In this document: piece by piece, positions 42,475-50,489 of the stretch
Layout of the letters: each line of letters opens with the position of its first letter
Numbering within the stretch: the first letter of the stretch is position 1
From: an uncultured delta proteobacterium
GTDB taxonomy: Bacteria; Desulfobacterota; Desulfomonilia; UBA1062
Assembly: GCA_963798485.1 (NCBI GenBank)
Contig: CAWCTR010000022.1
Coordinates: 72,489-136,488, forward strand
DNA length: 64,000 bases
Direction: 5' to 3'
Notes under the pieces: model-generated
What the model was told of the DNA's origin: nothing
Seen by the model: the letters and a program-made list of their open reading frames with translations, nothing else
Databases searched by the model: none
Translations under genes and position numbers: made by a program

Positions 42475-42862
42475 TTCAAAGCACATCCTGATTGTCGACG
42501 ATTCCCAGGACCTGACCCATGTGATCGCGGATTTCCTAAGCATGTACGGGTACCAGGTCCATACGGCGAGAGATGGGTATGATGCCCTGGAATGTATGCA
42601 CTCGCAGCAGATCCAGGTCGTGGTGAGCGACATCCATATGCCTCGCATGGATGGGTTCACGCTGATGGGAGAGATAAGGACAAAGTATCCAGGAGTACCC
42701 ATTGTCCTGATTACGGGATTTTCCATAAGCGAGGCACAGAAAATGGCCTTTGAGCGCGGGGCTAATGCCTTTGTTGCAAAGCCCTTCAAACTCAAGGAAC
42801 TCAAGCGTGTAATAGAATCGGTTTCACAAGAGGTTATAACAACAACAGCATCCAGGAGGTAG
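42467..42862 (+). CDS. Single-domain response regulator
   Basis: IVDD, SDIHMP, ITG and KPF. Confidence 0.92.
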   Translation: MISSKHILIVDDSQDLTHVIADFLSMYGYQVHTARDGYDALECMHSQQIQVVVSDIHMPRMDGFTLMGEIRTKYPGVPIVLITGFSISEAQKMAFERGANAFVAKPFKLKELKRVIESVSQEVITTTASRR

Positions 42863-42865
42863 ATA

Positions 42866-43324
42866 ATGAAGAAGACCAAGGTGAAGAAACCCCAGAAGAT
42901 TCTCTGCTACATCGATTATGCAAAGTACAGCACCTTTATTGTTGATTATGCATACCAGCTCTCTTGCCTTATTGATGCAGAGCTCTTTGTCCTTCATACC
43001 GTCACCGATATCAAGAGTGCTGCGGGTTTTTATGTCCCCCACATCAACACCGACAGGCTCGAAGAGGAAGTAGTAACGGCAGCCAAAGACAAGATGTATT
43101 CGATCTGCAACCAGGTGGGTGATGATGTGATCGATACGAAGCACAGGCTTGTCATGAGGGGGATCCCCCTTGATGTGATCAATAAGGTGATCAAGGACAA
43201 GTCAATTGAGCTGCTCATTATCAGCCATGAGGTTTCTAAAGGCGCCCTGGCTGGTTTCAGGAGCGATTATGCAGAGAAGTTCATAAAGAACCCATCGATT
43301 CCTTTCCTGGTCCTGCCGGTATAA
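42866..43324 (+). CDS. Universal stress protein (UspA family)
   Basis: KILCYIDY, LFVLH, G.P...I and C-terminal PFLVLP. Confidence 0.8.
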   Translation: MKKTKVKKPQKILCYIDYAKYSTFIVDYAYQLSCLIDAELFVLHTVTDIKSAAGFYVPHINTDRLEEEVVTAAKDKMYSICNQVGDDVIDTKHRLVMRGIPLDVINKVIKDKSIELLIISHEVSKGALAGFRSDYAEKFIKNPSIPFLVLPV

Positions 43325-43958
43325 TAAGGCTTATTGATGACATGATCCCTGCTGTTGCCTGAGGCGGGATCTTTCCTTTTATGGACATCATTACTGTGGC
43401 GTCTGGTTTGAACAAGAGCCCCAGAGACTGCTCCGGGGTATAGAAGACAAGGCCCTTATCTTCTCTTAGTATAAGGATACGGGCCCCATGAGTATTTTTC
43501 ATCCAGGGCGGCATGAGTGCGGCCTTAGCCCCCACCAGTGAAGGGTTATACCTGTGCCGCAGGATGGAAATCATGAGTTCATAGGTGTCCATCTTATCGA
43601 TATCCCCGATAAAGACCCTCATGAAAGGGCTCTTCAGGGATGTCCTCCACTGACGCTCCCGGGGAAGGCCTTTTATGATTTCAATGGCCCCCCGGAGCTG
43701 CTTTCCGGCGGAATAGAACTCGATGGCGCCACCCCTGACCGAGGAGTCGATACCGGTGGGGATGCATACGGATAGGCTATCTGAGTTCACGGATGAACAG
43801 GAAATTCTTGTAGCCTTTATGGCTTCCGGCATGAGGAACAGCTCAGGGGAGTTTCTCATGCTCATCCCCATATAGTATGCATAGATCGACAGCGCGATGA
43901 TGAAGATACCGAAAAAGAAACGGGGGGTGTCTTGGGCTGGTTTCTTATTTAGAACCAT
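43281..43958 (-). CDS. Hypothetical membrane-anchored protein
   Basis: 225-aa ORF with an N-terminal TM helix, overlapping the stop of the upstream gene. Confidence 0.6.
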   Translation of the reverse strand: MVLNKKPAQDTPRFFFGIFIIALSIYAYYMGMSMRNSPELFLMPEAIKATRISCSSVNSDSLSVCIPTGIDSSVRGGAIEFYSAGKQLRGAIEIIKGLPRERQWRTSLKSPFMRVFIGDIDKMDTYELMISILRHRYNPSLVGAKAALMPPWMKNTHGARILILREDKGLVFYTPEQSLGLLFKPDATVMMSIKGKIPPQATAGIMSSISLIIPAGPGKESMGSL

Positions 43959-44242
43959 TTGGGATGGATGGGTTTGTTGGAGAAAGATTCCTTGTTAATG
44001 CGCTCGTAGTCCTTCCTTATAGGGGGCCCTTCGAGGTATTCATGCATGCGTTCTTCAGTCATGGCCTCCCGTTCCTGCTCAGGAGGCCTGTCTGCATTCT
44101 TGCCGGCGGCAGTGTATTGCCCGAGGCGTTTCAGCAGTGCGGGAAGAACCAGAAAGAGGAGGAGGAGAATGATAGGAAGGAATGAATTAGTGTCAATGGC
44201 AAAGGAATTTCTTTCCATAATCATACGATAATAACATAACAA
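43949..44242 (-). CDS. Small hypothetical membrane protein
   Basis: Single hydrophobic helix (FLPIILLLLFLVLPALL). The start is uncertain. Confidence 0.55.
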   Translation of the reverse strand: MLCYYRMIMERNSFAIDTNSFLPIILLLLFLVLPALLKRLGQYTAAGKNADRPPEQEREAMTEERMHEYLEGPPIRKDYERINKESFSNKPIHPKWF

Positions 44243-44299
44243 TCAAGCGAGTAAACACAAAAAATCTTCGTAGTGCCTGATGACTCCGTTTAGTCGCTC

Positions 44300-44887
44300 C
44301 TAAGAAACTCCTTGTATGGATGTTATGATCTGCGTCCAGAGTTCATCCATGCCGTCACCCGTAGAGGCGGAGGTTATAACCAGAGACAGCCCGCACTGCC
44401 TCGAAATCTCTGATGCACGCTTGAGACGCTTTGAGTAGTTCAGCTTGTCGGTCTTGGTGGCAACGAGAACGACCTTGGCCGGGCTTTTAGCCATGAGTTC
44501 AATGAGCATTCGCTCTTCATCCTCAAGGTCGCGGCGGATGTCTACAAGGAGCATGACAAGCCTCAGTTCGTGGTTGTTCGAAAGATATTTGGAAATCAGC
44601 TCGCCCCATTCATGACTCATGGTCTTGGATACCTTGGCGTAGCCATAGCCAGGCAGGTCCACCAGATAGATTGAGGGCAGGTCCACCAGATCCACTTTAA
44701 AGAAATTGACGGCCCTGGTCTTGCCCGGAACCTTGCTTATCCTTACAAGGGCCTTCCGGTTCAGCAGTTTGTTGATGAGCGAAGACTTGCCCACATTCGA
44801 CCTTCCTGCAAAGGCGAATTGAGGAAGCCCTGCTGAATGATGGGGGAAGACCCCGGCAAAGGATGCGTCACGAACCTTCACCTTCAT
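44300..44887 (-). CDS. engB: Ribosome biogenesis GTPase EngB/YihA/YsxC
   Basis: GRSNVGKSS, PGKT, DLPGYG and TKTDK. Confidence 0.95.
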   Translation of the reverse strand: MKVKVRDASFAGVFPHHSAGLPQFAFAGRSNVGKSSLINKLLNRKALVRISKVPGKTRAVNFFKVDLVDLPSIYLVDLPGYGYAKVSKTMSHEWGELISKYLSNNHELRLVMLLVDIRRDLEDEERMLIELMAKSPAKVVLVATKTDKLNYSKRLKRASEISRQCGLSLVITSASTGDGMDELWTQIITSIQGVS

Positions 44888-46026
44888 AGGCTTTTCAGAT
44901 ATGTTGCAACGCGGGAGATGCCTTCGATGATGTTCTTCTCCGAGTTGGCGTAAGAAAAGCGGATATACCCTTCAGCCCCGTGTCCGAAATCAATACCCGG
45001 GGTAACACCGACGCCCGTATGCTCCAGGATGTCCATGGCAAACAAGCGGGAGTCCTTGGTGAAAGAGCCCATGTTCACCAGTACATAAAAGGCCCCGGTG
45101 GGCTCTACCTCAACATTGAAGCCGTGCCTCTTCATCTCGGCAAGCATGACCTTCCTGCGACCTGCAAATATCCGATGCATGTTCTCCACATCAGCACCTG
45201 CCTTGGTCAGAGCTGCCACACCACCCCACTGGGCAATGGATGGGGCGCAGATTATGAGGCTCTGCTGGATCTTCTGGGCCGTACGGATCAGTGCCTTGGG
45301 AAATATTGCCCAGCCCAGCCTCCACCCTGTCATGGCATAGGCCTTGGAAAAGCCGTTGATTATAATGGCATTGTCCGTGAATTCCAGCATGGTGTGCTGA
45401 TCACCGGTATAGACCAGCCCGTGGTAGATCTCGTCGGATATAATGGGGATAGGCAGCTTGCTCAAGGCCTTCAGGTGCTCGACGTCCAGGCAAACGCCCG
45501 TGGGGTTTGCGGGTGAGTTGATGATCAGGGCCTTGGTTTTAGCGGTTATACGCTGCTTTACCTTGCCGGGGTCAAGCTGAAACCTATCCGATCTCCCTGT
45601 TCGGATGAGGCTGGGTTTGGCGCCCAGGACCTTGACGAAGTTCGGGTAGCAGGCATAGTACGGGTCGGTCATGATGACCTCGTCACCTGCGTCTAAGAGG
45701 CTGGATATGGCCATGAGGAGTGCGGGCGACGAGCCTGCGGTGACAAGGATGCATTCCGCATCGATGGTGACGCCGTAGGTCTTTTTATAATGTGCCGTAA
45801 GGGCATGCCTGAGCTCCGGTATGCCGAGCGAGTCGGTGTAGTGGGTCCTGCCCTGATGCATGGCATTCGCCGCTGCCACGCGGATGCATTCCGGGGTGTC
45901 GAAATCGGGCTCGCCCACCTCCAGGTGGATGATGTCCCTGCCCGAGGCGGCAAGGGTATTGGCCTTTTCCATAACATCCATGACCAGAAAAGGCGCTATG
46001 GTTTGAGCTGTGCGGGATGGATCCAT
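44884..46026 (-). CDS. PLP-dependent class I/II aminotransferase
   Basis: GEPDF, NSPANPTG, SDEIY and GFSKAYAMTGWRLG. Confidence 0.93.
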   Translation of the reverse strand: MDPSRTAQTIAPFLVMDVMEKANTLAASGRDIIHLEVGEPDFDTPECIRVAAANAMHQGRTHYTDSLGIPELRHALTAHYKKTYGVTIDAECILVTAGSSPALLMAISSLLDAGDEVIMTDPYYACYPNFVKVLGAKPSLIRTGRSDRFQLDPGKVKQRITAKTKALIINSPANPTGVCLDVEHLKALSKLPIPIISDEIYHGLVYTGDQHTMLEFTDNAIIINGFSKAYAMTGWRLGWAIFPKALIRTAQKIQQSLIICAPSIAQWGGVAALTKAGADVENMHRIFAGRRKVMLAEMKRHGFNVEVEPTGAFYVLVNMGSFTKDSRLFAMDILEHTGVGVTPGIDFGHGAEGYIRFSYANSEKNIIEGISRVATYLKSL

Positions 46027-46127
46027 GGTGTCCCTATAGCAGACCTTTATACAAAGGGTCAATTGAAGCAATAAGGCACCGAGGACTATACTTGTGCGCA
46101 ATAATTTTGAGGAGGATCATAAACCTA

Positions 46128-46156
46128 TTGACTCTTAGATATAACTATATTATATT
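46128..46156 (+). promoter_or_regulatory. Putative sigma-70 promoter of the AT-rich gene
   Basis: TTGACT-17 nt-TATATT. Confidence 0.5.
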
Positions 46157-46266
46157 GAATAAGACAAAATAATTTGCAATGCAATGTATTTGAAATCTAT
46201 TCTCTGGGAATGAAGCAAGCTTTAAGTATAATAATGCTTCCTCTCGGATTAAATAGGGAAAATGTT

Positions 46267-46950
46267 ATGGTGAGGTCTTTACCATTTTTGGCTGTACTCA
46301 TGTTACCCCTCTTGCTGTGTGCAATGACACCGCTCACAGAAACTGATCTTTCCAATGTTAGCAACCCCCTCAGCTTAAGCATCCTTCCCGACCATATAAT
46401 GGAGATAAATAATAAAACCATTACGAGGAATGATTCAGAAGGTCTCAACAAATTATTACCAACTTCATCAGGCTTAATGCTCCATTTTGACATGAATCTA
46501 TTTGAAGACCTTGACGTGACCGCAGAAAGATATGCAACTAATAAACCGTTCTTCTCATTCCCCTGGTTCGGGGGTAATAATGATATTCTTAACAACGTTC
46601 AGATCTTTCTGATTGATCCAGTTACCGGGAAAGATTGGACTACATCATCTTTTGAAGATGCTATTTTAAACAGATATCAGATATATCCTATTAATTCAAT
46701 TACTTGTAAAGATTACACTATAATAATCAATGCTGAAACACTCAATGCTGAAGACACGAATGAACCCAATAGCAATACTCAGGCTACAGGTACACCCTCT
46801 ATAACACATTCCAATAATGACACACGTAATTCAAATAGTCCTTACATATATACTATAACGTCTGGCAATACCGATATGCGGGATACCTTCATCAATAAAA
46901 CTAATACAACCATCCAATCCGGCAGCTGGGTAGACATCAAGACTCGCTGA
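46267..46950 (+). CDS. AT-rich secreted hypothetical protein
   Basis: Signal peptide MVRSLPFLAVLMLPLLLCA, Asn/Thr-rich sequence, visibly lower GC than the flanks. Confidence 0.65.
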   Translation: MVRSLPFLAVLMLPLLLCAMTPLTETDLSNVSNPLSLSILPDHIMEINNKTITRNDSEGLNKLLPTSSGLMLHFDMNLFEDLDVTAERYATNKPFFSFPWFGGNNDILNNVQIFLIDPVTGKDWTTSSFEDAILNRYQIYPINSITCKDYTIIINAETLNAEDTNEPNSNTQATGTPSITHSNNDTRNSNSPYIYTITSGNTDMRDTFINKTNTTIQSGSWVDIKTR

Positions 46951-47002
46951 ATCATACCCTTATGATGTAGCTAAGAGGTAAATCTAATACAAGTAAGGCA
47001 TA

Positions 47003-47236
47003 CTATTTCTCCTCGTCCGCTTTTGGCGACTCACCTTCGATTTCCCGGAGTACCTTCACGATCTCGGCCTCGGTGGCCTTGAGCTTTTCGCGCAAGTAGC
47101 GGATCTTCCGGGCGGCCGTCTTAATGGCCGTTTCAAGCTCGTCAATGGGGATCTCGCCACGGTTCATCCGCGCCAGCGTTTCCTCAAGCTCCTTCAATAC
47201 GTCCGAATATCCCTTGGCTTTTTTCATCTTTGTCAC
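47003..47236 (-). CDS. xseB: Exodeoxyribonuclease VII small subunit
   Basis: YSDVLKELEETLARMNRGEIPIDEL; lies directly after xseA. Confidence 0.88.
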   Translation of the reverse strand: MTKMKKAKGYSDVLKELEETLARMNRGEIPIDELETAIKTAARKIRYLREKLKATEAEIVKVLREIEGESPKADEEK

Positions 47237-48693
47237 GGCTCCTTATCATATACCACGGAGTGGATCTTTCCCTTTGCAAGCACGGTTGTTATACGATCAT
47301 CCCTGGTTGCATCGTTCGAATCGCGTAAAGTCCTATTGTTTTTATCCAGAGTGATGCTGTATCCCCTTTGCAGGGTTACAGAGGGCTCCAGAAGAGAGAG
47401 GTCTTTCTCGTAGCCCGTTAGGGTCTTCAGGTTTTCAGCAAGGCCGTCGGATATTTCCTTGAGCATGAGGGCATGACGGCGCTGAAGTTCTCGCCCCAGG
47501 TGTTTCAGCAGCGCCGATGAGTTGAGCTTCATCCCGAGGGACGCCTGATCAAGGGTTGAGTACTGGGCATGAATGATTGTAGTTGCCTGATGGGTGAACA
47601 CGGATAATACCTTCAGGAGGCGCCTGTCATGGGTGGCCATCAGGTTGAGGCCTCTGGTCAATAACGCAGATGCAGCGGCCTCGAGGTCGGAGCGGGCCCG
47701 GGATGAGTACCTCTGAGAAAGGAAGGCAAGGCGGGTGGCCGCCAAGCCTAAGCGCCCAGATGATTTGTTCAGGGCGCTCAGTGCTGAATAATTCAGAGTG
47801 GCTGATGCCTCTTCCAGAAATGAACAGACGCCTTCCATCTGAGTGACAAAGAAGAGCGCCGCTTCGGTAGGGGTGACAAAGTAACTGTGCGCAACCATGT
47901 CCGACACCGACAGGTCGATCTCATGGCCGATGCCGGTAAAAACAGGCTTGGAGCATGTTGCTATAGTGTGGCAGAGGCTGATGTCATCGAATACGAACAG
48001 GTCTGTCTTGGCTCCGCCGCCCCTGATGATGACGATCGTATCCACACCCGGGTATTTCTCAAGTGCCCTGATGCCCTGCGACACCTCTTTTATGGTGCTC
48101 TCGCCCTGCATGTGCGCATCATAGAGCGTGATACAAAAAGAAAAACCGCTTTTTAAGATGATGCTGGTGAAGTCCTGATAGGCGGCAGAACCCCTGGAGG
48201 TAATCAGACCGATATGTAACGGTATCGCGCTCAGCTCCAGGGCCTTGTTTTTCTCCATAAGGCCCCCAGCCTTCAGGGTCTCAATGGTCTGCGCCCTTTG
48301 CTTGGCAATGGTGCCCAAGGTATAGCTCGGGTCAATCTCGCTGACGATAAGCTGGTAGCGGCCTTCCTTGACAAAGAGGTCCACCCTGGCCCTGAGTTTG
48401 ACCGCTATGCCGCTTGTCAGTTCGAACGCCGGCATTCCAAGCGATGAGAGTGATCGCTGCCACGGCGCATAAGAGCCTCTGAAGAATGCGCAGCTCACCT
48501 TTGCAATGTATTGGTCCGAGGCAATAACAGGCTTCTCGACAAGGTCGAAGTAGATATGGCCGGATTTTGCATGGGCCTTCAACCCGTGGATCTCACCCAC
48601 TACCCAGACGTCGGGCCCTAGGCCCACACTCAAGGCTTCGCGGGCGTGTTTGTTCAATTCACTGACGCTAAAGCAGGTCACAGCATTGGCCAT
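47233..48693 (-). CDS. xseA: Exodeoxyribonuclease VII large subunit
   Basis: SGHIYF, IIRGGG, TGIGHE.D, TPT and LQRGYS. Confidence 0.95.
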   Translation of the reverse strand: MANAVTCFSVSELNKHAREALSVGLGPDVWVVGEIHGLKAHAKSGHIYFDLVEKPVIASDQYIAKVSCAFFRGSYAPWQRSLSSLGMPAFELTSGIAVKLRARVDLFVKEGRYQLIVSEIDPSYTLGTIAKQRAQTIETLKAGGLMEKNKALELSAIPLHIGLITSRGSAAYQDFTSIILKSGFSFCITLYDAHMQGESTIKEVSQGIRALEKYPGVDTIVIIRGGGAKTDLFVFDDISLCHTIATCSKPVFTGIGHEIDLSVSDMVAHSYFVTPTEAALFFVTQMEGVCSFLEEASATLNYSALSALNKSSGRLGLAATRLAFLSQRYSSRARSDLEAAASALLTRGLNLMATHDRRLLKVLSVFTHQATTIIHAQYSTLDQASLGMKLNSSALLKHLGRELQRRHALMLKEISDGLAENLKTLTGYEKDLSLLEPSVTLQRGYSITLDKNNRTLRDSNDATRDDRITTVLAKGKIHSVVYDKEP

Positions 48694-48734
48694 AGCAGAA
48701 AAGACACAATATTTTCAAGCAAGCATTCCTTTTA

Positions 48735-48763
48735 TTGACATGAATTTTCACCAAGGGTACATG
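48735..48763 (+). promoter_or_regulatory. Putative sigma-70 promoter
   Basis: TTGACA-17 nt-TACATG ahead of a GGAGGAG ribosome-binding site. Confidence 0.4.
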
Positions 48764-48791
48764 ACGTACAGCACATTTGGAGGAGATGCCC

Positions 48792-49574
48792 ATGGGATAC
48801 CAGTTCATCAAGGCAGATATGAGAGAGAGAATAGCCTTCATCGAGATGGACCGCAAACACGAGCTGAATGCCCTGTCCTATGGGATGATGAAGGAGATCC
48901 ACCAGGTTTTCACCCATGTCCTGAACGAGTCTTCTGAAATCAGGCTTATCGTTTTGACCGGCGGTATAGAGTGCTTCTCTGCAGGCATTGACCTGAAAGA
49001 AGCCCCGCATTTCACCACCGAAGAGGCGGCGAATTATTTTCGGCTCGCGGTTGAGGTCTACTCCATGCTGCTGGATCAGGACAAGATCCTCATTACAGCA
49101 GTCAGCGGCATCGCCTTTGGTGGCGGGTTCAACCTTGCACTCATGGGCGACATCATCATTGCATCCGAGAGCGCTATCTTTGCCCACCCCGAGATCAAGT
49201 ACGGCTTCAACCCTTTGCTCGCCCCGCTGGTTTACCGCATCGGCATCGCCAGGACCAAGGACCTGGCGCTAAGAGGCGAGCCCATAGGGGCGCGGGAGGC
49301 ACAGACAATCGGACTTGTGAATCGGGTAGTGGAACCCGAGCGCTTCCGGGAAGAGGTATTGAGCTGCGCCCAGCAGCTTGTGAACAGATCGCCGGAGGTG
49401 GTCAAGGCCATCAAGAGGAGTCTGGATGTGGTAAGCCGTCTCGATGCAAAGGCGGCGCTCGAATATGAGCTGGAGATGACCGCCATGCTCTTTAACATAC
49501 GTGGAGACATCCGCGACAAGATGAAGGATGTCATTATGCACAAAGGGCAAGAAGATACCAAATGTGAGTCCTGA
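48792..49574 (+). CDS. Enoyl-CoA hydratase/isomerase (crotonase) family protein
   Basis: LNAL, FSAGIDL, AFGGG, PEIKYG and GLVNRVV. Confidence 0.92.
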   Translation: MGYQFIKADMRERIAFIEMDRKHELNALSYGMMKEIHQVFTHVLNESSEIRLIVLTGGIECFSAGIDLKEAPHFTTEEAANYFRLAVEVYSMLLDQDKILITAVSGIAFGGGFNLALMGDIIIASESAIFAHPEIKYGFNPLLAPLVYRIGIARTKDLALRGEPIGAREAQTIGLVNRVVEPERFREEVLSCAQQLVNRSPEVVKAIKRSLDVVSRLDAKAALEYELEMTAMLFNIRGDIRDKMKDVIMHKGQEDTKCES

Positions 49575-50217
49575 AGCCGTCCTTAACCCTCTCTATCTTC
49601 ATCAGGTCCTGTACGATCACTATGGCCCCTCAGGCTGGTGGCCCGGGGAGACCCCCTTTGAGGTAATGGTCGGTGCGGTGCTTACCCAGAACACTGCATG
49701 GACCAATGTGGAAAAGGCCATTATCAACCTCAAGGCGGCAAACCTCATGGACGCGGCCGCCATTGATAATGCCGAGGTGCCATACCTGGCTTCTCTCCTC
49801 AAGCCTTCGGGGTACTATAATATCAAGACCTCTCGACTGAGGAACCTGATTCGCATGATCATGACCTCACATTCAGGGGACCTGGATGATCTGTTTTCCC
49901 TTAAGCTGCATGCGCTTCGAACAGAGCTGCTGGGGGTGAGCGGCATCGGCAAGGAGACCGCAGACAGCATCTGCTGCTATGCCGCAGACAAATGCATCTT
50001 TGTCGTGGACGCCTACACGAGGCGTATCCTCATGCGGCATGGCATTATTACACAGCATGCCGGCTATGATGAAATCCAATCCCTCTTTGAGGCCGGCTTG
50101 CCCCGGAAGCTTGCGGTATACAAGGACATCCATGCCCACATCGTGTACATCGGCAAGGACTACTGCAAGACGAGAAACCCCTGCTGCGATGCCTGCCCCC
50201 TGAACGGGCTTACTTAA
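49564..50217 (+). CDS. HhH-GPD endonuclease III-related DNA glycosylase
   Basis: WWP, GAVLTQNTAW.NVEKA, GIGKETADSI, VVDAYTRR and a C-terminal Cys cluster. Confidence 0.9.
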   Translation: MSPEAVLNPLYLHQVLYDHYGPSGWWPGETPFEVMVGAVLTQNTAWTNVEKAIINLKAANLMDAAAIDNAEVPYLASLLKPSGYYNIKTSRLRNLIRMIMTSHSGDLDDLFSLKLHALRTELLGVSGIGKETADSICCYAADKCIFVVDAYTRRILMRHGIITQHAGYDEIQSLFEAGLPRKLAVYKDIHAHIVYIGKDYCKTRNPCCDACPLNGLT

Positions 50218-50273
50218 CATATAATTCCATGGACGATAGGGGTTCTGCTTAAGGCCACTTTGTCTATCAGGCG

Positions 50274-50373
50274 AAATCCCCCTGAATCCCCCTTTAAAAA
50301 AGGGGGACTTGGAAAGACCTGACTGAGCTTGCATTCAGCCCCCCCTTTCATAAAGGGGGGCAGGGGGGATTTT
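50274..50373. repeat. Inverted pair of C/G-rich palindromic repeats (REP-like doublet)
   Basis: AAATCCCCCTGAATCCCCCTTTAAAAAAGGGGGACT ... AGCCCCCCCTTTCATAAAGGGGGGCAGGGGGGATTT. Confidence 0.8.
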
Positions 50374-50489
50374 CCAAGAGGCACGCATATCAAGCAGTTG
50401 CTGTAATACCTGAGCTGACTCTGACGTTTTCTTTGCCCTGATATCCCTTTCATGTTGAAAAGGGCCGCTGTTTGACCTAGAGGTTTAAG

